A DNA stretch of 64,000 nt from Gemmatimonadales bacterium (GTDB taxonomy: Bacteria > Gemmatimonadota > Gemmatimonadetes > Gemmatimonadales > GWC2-71-9): assembly GCA_046160105.1 (NCBI GenBank), contig JBJXGT010000036.1:161072-225071 (forward strand), written 5' to 3'. Of the stretch, positions 56,406 to 64,000 are shown one piece after another. Position numbers and translations under genes: made by a program. Below the pieces are notes generated by a model. That model ran no database searches, had not been told where the DNA came from, and saw only the letters and a list, made by a program, of their open reading frames with translations. Position 1 is the stretch's first letter. The number at the start of each line of letters is the position of its first letter.

Positions 56406-58047
56406 TCGCCTCGGATTCGGCTTGGTGTTGATGGCCACGCCCCTCGCGGCGCAGGTCACCAGCCCGGCCACCCGGTCGGGTCGTTCCACCGTGTACGCGC
56501 CCCGGGCCGCGGTCGCGACCAGCCAGCCGCTCGCGACCGCCGCCGCGCTCGCGGTGCTCGAGGGGGGCGGTAACGCGATCGACGCCGCCGTCGCGGCGGC
56601 CGCGGTTCTCAACGTGACCGAGCCGCACATGACCGGGATCGGCGGCGACATGTTCGCCATCCTCTGGTCGGCGAAGGAGCGGCGTTTGGTCGGGCTCGAC
56701 GCCTCCGGCCGCTCCGGCGCCAAGGTCGACGTGGCCGCGCTGGTGGCGGCCGGCGAGACCCGGGCGCCCGGCACCGGCGCCCGCGCCGTCACCGTGCCGG
56801 GCGCGCTGGCGGGATGGCACGCCCTGGTCACCAAATACGGGACTCGGACGTTAGGCGCCCTCCTCGAGCCGGCCACCCGGCTCGCCGACGAGGGGTTTCC
56901 GGTCTCCCCGATCATCGCGCAGGACTGGGCCGGTCAGGTCGACAAGCTGAAGGCCGACGCCGGCGCCCGCGCCACCTACCTGATCGATGGCGAGCGGGCG
57001 CCCCGGGCCGGCGAATGGTTCCGCAATCCCGACCAGGCCCGCACGTTCCGGCGGATCGCCACCGAAGGGATCGGGGCGTTCTACGGGGGAGCGTTAGGCC
57101 GCGAGTTGGTGGCCGGGCTCGATCGGCTTGGCGGCTTTCTGACCGACGCCGACCTGGCCGCCATGGCGGTCCGCTGGGTCGAGCCGCTCTCGATCGACTA
57201 CAAGGACTACACGCTCCACGAGCTGCCGCCGGCGGGGCAGGGCATCGCGGCGCTCCAGTACCTCAAGATGCTCGAGGGGTTCGACTTGAAGGCGATGGGC
57301 CATAACTCGGCCCGATACCTCCACACCCTGATCGAGGCCAAGAAGCTCGCCTACGCCGATCTGGCCCGTTACGTCGCCGACCCCGATCACATGAAGGTCA
57401 GCCCGGCTCAGTTGCTCGACAGCAGCTACCTCGCCAGCCGAGCCCGGCTCATCGATCCCAAGAAGGCCGCCACCCGCCCCGAGCCGGGTATTCTGGCGAC
57501 CACCAGCGAAACGGTCTATCTCACCGTGGCCGACGCCGAAGGCAACATGGTGTCGTTCATCAACTCGATCTACAGCTACTTCGGCGCGGGCGTGGTGGTG
57601 CCGGGCACCGGCATCATGCTCCAGAACCGCGGAGCCGGGTTCGTCCTGACCGAGGGCCACCCCAATCGCCTTGCCCCGGGGAAGCGCCCGTTCCACACCA
57701 TCATCCCCGCGTTCGTCACCCGCGGTGGGCAACCGTGGCTGGCCTATGGCGTGATGGGCGGGGACGTCCAGCCGCAAGGGCACGTCCAGGTGTTCTTGAA
57801 CCTCGTCGAGTTCGGAATGGACCCGCAGGAGGCGATCGATGCGCCCCGATTCCGTCACCTGGCCGGGACCACCGTCGCGGTGGAACGGCTCCCGGACTCG
57901 GTGGCGACGGCGCTGACCCTACTCGGGCACCAGGTGCTCGACCCGGCGGACGTCACCTTCGGCGGCGGCCAGGCGATCATCAAGCTCGCCCGCGGTTGGG
58001 CGGCGGCGTCGGATCCTCGTAAGGATGGGATGGCCGCCGGACACTGA
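56395..58047 (+). CDS. ggt: Gamma-glutamyltransferase
   Basis: GGNAIDAAVA, GIGGD, ETVYL (Thr nucleophile), QNRG, KRPFHTIIP, SDPRKDG. Confidence 0.92.
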   Translation: MARSRLGFGLVLMATPLAAQVTSPATRSGRSTVYAPRAAVATSQPLATAAALAVLEGGGNAIDAAVAAAAVLNVTEPHMTGIGGDMFAILWSAKERRLVGLDASGRSGAKVDVAALVAAGETRAPGTGARAVTVPGALAGWHALVTKYGTRTLGALLEPATRLADEGFPVSPIIAQDWAGQVDKLKADAGARATYLIDGERAPRAGEWFRNPDQARTFRRIATEGIGAFYGGALGRELVAGLDRLGGFLTDADLAAMAVRWVEPLSIDYKDYTLHELPPAGQGIAALQYLKMLEGFDLKAMGHNSARYLHTLIEAKKLAYADLARYVADPDHMKVSPAQLLDSSYLASRARLIDPKKAATRPEPGILATTSETVYLTVADAEGNMVSFINSIYSYFGAGVVVPGTGIMLQNRGAGFVLTEGHPNRLAPGKRPFHTIIPAFVTRGGQPWLAYGVMGGDVQPQGHVQVFLNLVEFGMDPQEAIDAPRFRHLAGTTVAVERLPDSVATALTLLGHQVLDPADVTFGGGQAIIKLARGWAAASDPRKDGMAAGH

Positions 58048-58128
58048 GGCGGCGTTATGTCAACGGGCGGCCGTTGGGCACTGAGGCCGCGCTACACAAG
58101 CGGACGGCCGCCGGACATCGGGGCGGCG
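58032..58128 (+). repeat. Three degenerate tandem copies (37-bp period) starting in the ggt 3' end
   Basis: GGCCGYYGGRCAYYGRGGCSGCG at 58032, 58069 and 58106. Confidence 0.7.
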
Positions 58129-58161
58129 ATGGGCGCCAAATCAACCTGAGGGAGAATGGCA

Positions 58162-60213
58162 ATGCGATGGCGATCGGTGGTTCCCGCCGCGATGATCGGC
58201 GCGATGTGGTTCGGCACGGTCGAGGCCCAGGAGACAGCCTCCGATACCCTGCTGACGGTCCAGCATTACCTCAACTGGGAGCAGGTCGGCGACCCGCAGA
58301 TCTCGCCTGACGGCTCCCAGATCGTCTTCACCCGGCGGTGGGTCAACACCCTGGAGGATCGCTGGGACACCGCCCTGTGGCTGATGAACGCCGACGGCAC
58401 CAAGCAGCGGTTCCTGCTCAAAGGAGGAAGCCCGCGGTGGTCGCCGGACGGCACCCGGATCGCCTACATCGGCGAGGCTGACGGGAAGCCGCAGATCTTC
58501 GTCCGGTGGATGGACGCCGAGGGCGCCGTCAGCCAGCTGACCCGGCTCAACGACGCCCCGGGGAGCCTCGGCTGGTCGCCTGACGGCAAGTTGCTCTCGT
58601 TCAGCATGATGGTCGACTTCGACAAGACCTGGGCGATCAGCATGCCGAAGGGGCCGGCCGGCGCCAAATGGACCCCCGCGCCCCGCCGGGTCACCGATCT
58701 GCATTACCGCGCCGATCGGCAAGGCTTCATGCGCGACGCCTATCTCCAGCTCTTCGTCGTCCCGGCCGACGGTGGCACGGCCCGTCAGCTCACCAAAGGC
58801 GAGCATGACGTCGGGGCCCAGTTCGACGCGCTGACCGGCGGGGTGGGTTACGACTGGACCCCGGACAGCAAGTCGATCGTCTTCGACGGGCTCTTGAGCA
58901 AGACGGCCGACATGAACTACCGCAACAGCGACATCAACCTGGTCGACGTGGCCACCGGCCAGGTTCGCAAGCTGACGTCCAAGCCGGGGTCGTGGACCAG
59001 TCCGGTGGTCTCCCCCGACGGCAAGACGATCGCGTTGGCCGGGAGCGACTCGAGCCGGAAGAGCTACAAGTCGGCCGAGTTGTATTACCTCGGCATCGAC
59101 GGCTCCAACCTCCGGCTCGGTTCGGGCGATCTCGACCGCGACGTCGGCGGCATCACCTGGGCGCCTGATGGCAGCGGCGTCTACTTCAGCTCCCAGGACA
59201 AGGGGACCGCCAACCTCTACTTCTCGCCGGTCCGGGGCGGCTATCGCCAGGTAACCACCGGCAACCACATGCTGGGGATCAGCTCGATCGCGAAGAACGG
59301 GATCGCCGTCGGGGTGAAGTCGGCGTACCACGAGCCCGGCGACGTCGTCCGGCTGGCGCTGGCGCGGCCGACCGAGCTGACCAAGCTCACTGACGTCAAC
59401 GCCGACGTGCTGGCCAACATCAAGCTGGGCCAGGTCGAGGAGATCTGGTATACCTCCACCGGCGGGACTCGGGTCCAGGGTTGGATCGTCAAGCCGCCGA
59501 GTTTCGACCGGACCAAGAAATACCCGTTGATCATGGAGATTCACGGCGGCCCGCACGGCATGTACAACGTGGCGTTCAGCTACATGTACCAGAACTTCGC
59601 CGCCAACGGCAACGTGGTGCTGTATACCAATCCGCGCGGCAGCACCGGCTATGGCACCACCTTCGGGAACGCGATCGAGCGGGCCTACCCCAGCGTCGAT
59701 TATGACGACCTGATGGCGGGGGTCGACTCGGTGATCGGCCGAGGCTACGTGGACACCAATCGGATGTTCGTCGGTGGGTGCAGCGGTGGGGGCGTCCTCT
59801 CGAGTTGGGTGATCGGGCACACCACCCGGTTCGCCGCCGCCGCGGTTCGCTGCCCGGTGATCAACTGGATGAGCTTCTACGGCAACGCCGACGTGCCGCT
59901 GTTCACCGCCAACTTCTTCGACAAGCCGTACTGGGAAGATCCGGCCCCGTGGCTCAAGCAGTCGCCGATCATGTACGTCAAGAACGTCAAGACGCCGACC
60001 CTCCTGATGACCGGCGAGCTCGACCTCCGAACGCCGATGTCCCAGACCGAGGAGTACTTCGCCGCGCTCAAGACCCTCGGCGTGCCGACCGAGATTCTCC
60101 GCTTCAACGGGGAGTATCACGGCACCAGCTCGAAGCCGTCGAACTTCATCCGGACTCAGTTGTACATGATGAGCTGGTACCAGAAGTACGGCAAAGCCGC
60201 CGCCACCATGTAG
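58162..60213 (+). CDS. S9 family peptidase (acylaminoacyl/dipeptidyl peptidase-like), secreted
   Basis: PD40-type WSPDG repeats, IHGGPH, NPRGSTGYG, GCSGGG, GELDLR, EYHG. Confidence 0.92.
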   Translation: MRWRSVVPAAMIGAMWFGTVEAQETASDTLLTVQHYLNWEQVGDPQISPDGSQIVFTRRWVNTLEDRWDTALWLMNADGTKQRFLLKGGSPRWSPDGTRIAYIGEADGKPQIFVRWMDAEGAVSQLTRLNDAPGSLGWSPDGKLLSFSMMVDFDKTWAISMPKGPAGAKWTPAPRRVTDLHYRADRQGFMRDAYLQLFVVPADGGTARQLTKGEHDVGAQFDALTGGVGYDWTPDSKSIVFDGLLSKTADMNYRNSDINLVDVATGQVRKLTSKPGSWTSPVVSPDGKTIALAGSDSSRKSYKSAELYYLGIDGSNLRLGSGDLDRDVGGITWAPDGSGVYFSSQDKGTANLYFSPVRGGYRQVTTGNHMLGISSIAKNGIAVGVKSAYHEPGDVVRLALARPTELTKLTDVNADVLANIKLGQVEEIWYTSTGGTRVQGWIVKPPSFDRTKKYPLIMEIHGGPHGMYNVAFSYMYQNFAANGNVVLYTNPRGSTGYGTTFGNAIERAYPSVDYDDLMAGVDSVIGRGYVDTNRMFVGGCSGGGVLSSWVIGHTTRFAAAAVRCPVINWMSFYGNADVPLFTANFFDKPYWEDPAPWLKQSPIMYVKNVKTPTLLMTGELDLRTPMSQTEEYFAALKTLGVPTEILRFNGEYHGTSSKPSNFIRTQLYMMSWYQKYGKAAATM

Positions 60214-60229
60214 CGCACACCCGCTCCCC

Positions 60230-60261
60230 CACCTGGTCCCGGCGATCGCCGGGGCCAGGTG
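60230..60261. terminator. Strong GC hairpin after the S9 peptidase (no U-tract)
   Basis: CACCTGGTCCCGGC-GATC-GCCGGGGCCAGGTG. Confidence 0.5.
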
Positions 60262-60331
60262 AGGGCGCCCCGCCTCCCTCGTTCCATCCCGAAGACCGTC
60301 CGCTATCGCCTGACCGATCTGTCGTCGATTG

Positions 60332-60370
60332 TTCCAAATAGTTGCACTTTTGGAATGGTGCAGCTATTCT
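60332..60370 (+). promoter_or_regulatory. Sigma70 promoter TTGCAC-N17-TATTCT with operator TTCCAAA-N10-TTTGGAA
   Basis: Inverted repeat 60332-60355 straddles the -35 box; GTG start lies 6 nt after the -10 box. Confidence 0.7.
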
Positions 60371-60376
60371 GCCCTG

Positions 60377-60928
60377 GTGACCCTCTCGTCCCGCGCCACC
60401 CTCGAGGTCCTCGCCTCGCCGGCCCGCCAGGAGTTGATCTCCCAACTCGCGGTGGCCCCGGCCACCGTCGCGGAGCTGGCCCTGGCCCTCGGCCGAACTC
60501 GCCAGTCGCTTTACTACCATCTCGAAACGCTGGAGAAGGCCGGCCTCGTCAAAGGCGCCGGATGGCGCGGCGAGGGCCGGAGCCGAGAGCGGATCTTCCA
60601 GGTCGCCGTTCACGAGCTGGTGCTGGGCCCTAATCTCGGGGTTCGCCAAGAGCGTGAGCTGGCGGCGCGAGCCGCCGCCGCCATGTTGCGGCTCACCGGC
60701 CGAGAGTTCCGCGACGCGCTGGCTGACCCGAGGATCCGGCGCGAGGGCCCTGGCCGCGAGCTCGCCGCCATGCGCGGCAAGGCGCGCCTCACCGCCCGGG
60801 AACTCGCCCGGCTCAATGCCCTGTTCCGGGAGATCTACGAGTTATTGGCCGGGGCTCGGTGCCGGCGCCGGGGCCGGATCTACTCGGTCGCCGTGGTGGT
60901 GACCCCGTCCCGACAAGGAGAGGACTGA
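60377..60928 (+). CDS. ArsR-like HTH transcriptional regulator
   Basis: LASPARQELI, TVAELA..LG.TRQSLYYHLETLEKAGLV. Confidence 0.85.
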   Translation: MTLSSRATLEVLASPARQELISQLAVAPATVAELALALGRTRQSLYYHLETLEKAGLVKGAGWRGEGRSRERIFQVAVHELVLGPNLGVRQERELAARAAAAMLRLTGREFRDALADPRIRREGPGRELAAMRGKARLTARELARLNALFREIYELLAGARCRRRGRIYSVAVVVTPSRQGED

Positions 60929-61644
60929 TGCCGCAACTGGTGGATCATTTATTGGTGGGATTCCTGCTCCTCGTCGTCCCGGTCCACGGTCACTTCTCCT
61001 ACCGCCGGTTGGCGGCCCGGCTGGCCGCCGGCGAGGCCGGGGTCCGCCTCGCGGAGTATCGCTGGACGATTGCGCTGGAGTGGGCAGTCGTGCTGGTACT
61101 GCTGATCCTCTGGCGATTCACGGGCCGGTCGGCCGAGTCGCTCGGTTTGACCCTTCCGGCGACGTGGTGGAGCGGGCTGGGACTCGCCATCACCATCGCG
61201 ATGTTGGGGCTTCTCCTCTATCAGTGGCGAGCGATCAAGCGCCTCGAGGGGCCGGCACTCGATCCGCTTCGGGCCCAGCTCGCGGGCGCCACCGCGCTCC
61301 TCCCCGCGAACGAACCCGAAGCGCGGATGTTCCGTTGGGTCGCGGTGACGGCGGGGATCTGCGAGGAGATCGTCTATCGTGGCTACCTGATCTGGTACTT
61401 CGGCGGGTTCTTCGGCCCGTGGCTCGGCGCGGTGGTTGGCGCGGTGCTCTTCGGGCTCGGCCACTTCTATCAGGGGGGCTCCGGGGTGGTGAAGACCGGG
61501 GCGCTGGGGTTGTTCGCTGGTGTGCTCTTCGTCGGGACGGGATCGCTGTTGTGGCCCATCATTCTCCACGCCGCCATCGACCTCCAGGGCGGCGCGGTGG
61601 CGTGGCGGGTGCTCGGCCCTCAGGGCGGCGGGAGCCGAGGCTGA
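60928..61644 (+). CDS. CPBP (Abi/CAAX) intramembrane metalloprotease
   Basis: CEEIVYRG, FGLGH, HAAID. Confidence 0.9.
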   Translation: MPQLVDHLLVGFLLLVVPVHGHFSYRRLAARLAAGEAGVRLAEYRWTIALEWAVVLVLLILWRFTGRSAESLGLTLPATWWSGLGLAITIAMLGLLLYQWRAIKRLEGPALDPLRAQLAGATALLPANEPEARMFRWVAVTAGICEEIVYRGYLIWYFGGFFGPWLGAVVGAVLFGLGHFYQGGSGVVKTGALGLFAGVLFVGTGSLLWPIILHAAIDLQGGAVAWRVLGPQGGGSRG

Positions 61645-61653
61645 ACGCCGGTA

Positions 61654-62088
61654 TTACTTCTTGCGGGCGGCCGCTTCCCGCTTCTTGGTGTCCTTGACCG
61701 ATTGGATGATCAGTTTGGTCAGGGTGGGGATGTGGAGGTCGTCCAGGGACTTGAAGTAGAGGCAGCTGCCTCCCGTCTTGTACTTGCCGAGCTTCGCCAT
61801 CAGCGCCGGAAACGGGGTGAAGCCGGTCATGCAGTACACCGTCATGTTCTGTTTCCGCGGCGAGAAGCCGACGAGGAACCAATCGCCCTCCCGTCCGGTC
61901 TTGGGCGAGGTGTAGTGGTAGTCTCCGAAACCGACGATACTCGGCCCCCATATCACCGCGTTCTTGCCGGTCACCTTGCGCATCAGGCTCGCCAGCGTCT
62001 TCGCGTTTCTTCGCTGGGTGGGATCCTTGATCCCGGCGATGAAATCGGCGGCGCTCGTCTTGGTCGGCTTGGTCTTGAGTTCGGCCAT
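61654..62088 (-). CDS. DUF1801 domain protein
   Basis: WGPSIVGFG.YHY, GFSPRKQN, LGKYKTGGSCLY. Confidence 0.85.
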   Translation of the reverse strand: MAELKTKPTKTSAADFIAGIKDPTQRRNAKTLASLMRKVTGKNAVIWGPSIVGFGDYHYTSPKTGREGDWFLVGFSPRKQNMTVYCMTGFTPFPALMAKLGKYKTGGSCLYFKSLDDLHIPTLTKLIIQSVKDTKKREAAARKK

Positions 62089-62094
62089 GTGACT

Positions 62095-63294
62095 TCAGGG
62101 CTCCAGGATGCGGCGCGTCATGGTCGCCTCGGAGAACGGTGATGTCGCCAGCAGGTCGGATGGTTTGCCGCGGAGATAGCGATCGAAGAACGCCAAGGTG
62201 AAGGCGTTGATGATGAGATGGCCTCGCCGGGCGTCGAGCCGGCCCTCTGGCCGCGGATAGAACAGGGCCAGATCGGAGAAGTCGCCATGGTCGGTGCCGG
62301 CGATGGTCACCTGGTACCAATCGGAGGTCGACAGGGCCTTGGCGGTGCTGTCCCAGGAATTCACCAGGGCCATCAACTCGCGGACCATGGGCCGCTCCTC
62401 CTCCTTGTACGCCAGCGCGTCGTCGACCCCGTGGTGGAGTTGGAGAACGGGCCGGGTCGTGCCCCGTTGGCGGACGTCACCGAACAGCTGGCCATCGTGA
62501 TCCACGGCCGCCTTGACTCGGGGGTCGTCGGCCGTCATCTGGATCGACAGGGCGCCGCCGAACGACCACCCGAACATCCCGATTCGATCGAGATCGAGGC
62601 GTCCTTCGAACGGGCCCGGGGTCTGGCCGAGTTGCTCGACCCGATCGACGACGAACTTGGCGTCGGCCGCCCAGATCTTGAAGACCGGGTCGTCGAGATA
62701 GGCCCACGAGGTGAGGGCGTCCTGCTTGCCGTCTCCGGTTTCTTTCGGAAAGGCGAGGGTGTCCGGCACGTACGGCGTGCCATCCGGGAACTTCGCGGTC
62801 TGGTTGAAGCCGAAGTGCTCGATCGAGAAGACCACATAGCCGTGGCTCGCCATGTGCTCGGCGGCGAAGGTGGCGCTCCAGCGAGTCCAGATGCCGCCGT
62901 GATTGTAGACCAGGACGGGGAACCGGGCGGTGTCTGCCGCGATCGGCGCCTCCCACCCGCCGTTGGTCTTGGCGCGCCGCGCGGCAAACCCCCCAAGCCG
63001 GCTCGCGAACTCGCCGGGGCGGCGGAGGTAGTTCGCGGTGTCGCCGGCCGTCCCGGGGGCGACTGGATACCAGACCTGAACGACCAAGCGGCGTTTGTCG
63101 GCGGGATTCTTGGTGTACGGCTCGCCGCGAGTCGAGTCGGTCCAGTCGAACTCCCGAACTCCGACGCCGTAGGGGCCCTCGGGCCGGACGAACGGCCGGT
63201 CCGGAATCTTGGGACTGACCCGCCAGAGGAAGTAGGCGCCTCCGCCGACCAGCAAGACGACAATGACCAGCAAGACCTTCAAGGCCGTTTTCAT
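62095..63294 (-). CDS. Alpha/beta hydrolase (PAF-acetylhydrolase-like), N-terminal TM anchor
   Basis: GPYGVG, VQVWYP, ASHGYVV, GWSFGG, DG, HGDFSD. Confidence 0.85.
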   Translation of the reverse strand: MKTALKVLLVIVVLLVGGGAYFLWRVSPKIPDRPFVRPEGPYGVGVREFDWTDSTRGEPYTKNPADKRRLVVQVWYPVAPGTAGDTANYLRRPGEFASRLGGFAARRAKTNGGWEAPIAADTARFPVLVYNHGGIWTRWSATFAAEHMASHGYVVFSIEHFGFNQTAKFPDGTPYVPDTLAFPKETGDGKQDALTSWAYLDDPVFKIWAADAKFVVDRVEQLGQTPGPFEGRLDLDRIGMFGWSFGGALSIQMTADDPRVKAAVDHDGQLFGDVRQRGTTRPVLQLHHGVDDALAYKEEERPMVRELMALVNSWDSTAKALSTSDWYQVTIAGTDHGDFSDLALFYPRPEGRLDARRGHLIINAFTLAFFDRYLRGKPSDLLATSPFSEATMTRRILEP

Positions 63295-63489
63295 GAGTAT
63301 CCTCGAGGTGCCGACCAGGCTAGCGCCATCACGCACGACCGCAAGGTTACCCGGTAGCGCGTTGCCGCAAAGTTATCGGTCGGCCGGGTCTCGCGCCAAC
63401 CGGGCCGGGGACCCACCATTGGCTGCGCCAACCCGCGGCTTGGCGGCAAGAAGGACAGTCGATTCGCCCGTCCACCCCATTATTGATAT

Positions 63490-64000
63490 GTGCGCCAAAC
63501 ACGTTTCCCGATCGGCGCCGTGGGCGCCCTTGTCACCGGGTGGCTTGCGGCGGGTTGTCCGGCGGTGTCGTCCGACCGGCTTCCGCTCGCGACCCTGCTC
63601 GACTCCGCGATCGCCACCCACGGCGGTTCGACGGAGCTCGGCGCGCGGGGGCCCGTCGAGTTTCGGCTCGACGGCGATCGGGTAATGATCGACCAGAGCC
63701 GTCGCGCCGACCCACCCTGGGACCCTGAGCCCTCCCACGTCTGGATCGTCGCCGACCCCGCCCGGGGGCGATGGATGTACCAGACCTCGAACAGCTATCC
63801 GGGACTGGGACCGTTTGCCGGTCGCCGGGTGATCGGGACGCCGCGTTCGTTCGAGATCGACCCGGTCGGCAGCGGGCACGGCTCGGAGATCATGCCCCTC
63901 GAGGCCGGCGACTCGACGGCGACTCGGGAGTCGTTGGCACGCTACGTTCCCGGCCTCTACCTCGAGGTCGTCCGGTCCCGCCTGGGCACCGCGCGAGAGC
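63490..64000 (+). CDS. Lipoprotein, N-terminal part (runs off the window); not in the ORF track
   Basis: Manual translation from GTG 63490: MRQTRFPIGAVGALVTGWLAAGC (lipobox)...LLDSAIATHGG...QSRRADPPW; no stop seen. Confidence 0.65.
   Translation, partial: MRQTRFPIGAVGALVTGWLAAGCPAVSSDRLPLATLLDSAIATHGGSTELGARGPVEFRLDGDRVMIDQSRRADPPWDPEPSHVWIVADPARGRWMYQTSNSYPGLGPFAGRRVIGTPRSFEIDPVGSGHGSEIMPLEAGDSTATRESLARYVPGLYLEVVRSRLGTARE

Noticed and set aside
1-64000. tRNA, rRNA, integrase, prophage or recognisable defence genes
   Set aside because: None recognised by eye; a covariance-model scan would be needed to exclude small RNAs.

Overview
High-GC (roughly 70% by eye) bacterial chromosome window. 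The gene repertoire (PadR plus ADOP permease, Hanks kinase-TPR plus BTAD-AAA, many secreted peptidases and hydrolases) suggests Gemmatimonadota or a similar lineage; this is inference. About 50 intact CDS: a MacAB-like ABC exporter operon, a Fic gene, a catabolic region at 11.5-27.7 kb (two BKACE enzymes, class III aminotransferase, tartrate dehydrogenase, Hyi, IlvD, ACAD, ECH), psd, peptidases, ProDH, deoC-ALDH16-ggt. I saw no rRNA, tRNA or CRISPR array. Most notable: (1) an 8-kb GH3 / GNAT-like / Rieske / MMPL / CapA / GNAT cluster at 32-40 kb, a candidate uncharacterised amide or aminolipid biosynthesis and export system; (2) a strand-polarised motif (C)GTTAGGC, 12 copies on + and none seen on -, which behaves like a Chi- or KOPS-type chromosome signal; (3) a 42-45.5 kb hotspot built from 3'-end fragments of unrelated genes, an exact 57-bp repeat and an IS91-like remnant; (4) inverted heptamer GACTC arrays; (5) a Tat-exported FMN hydroxy-acid oxidase with a CxxCH motif. 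All calls come from motif recognition by eye; no database searches were run.
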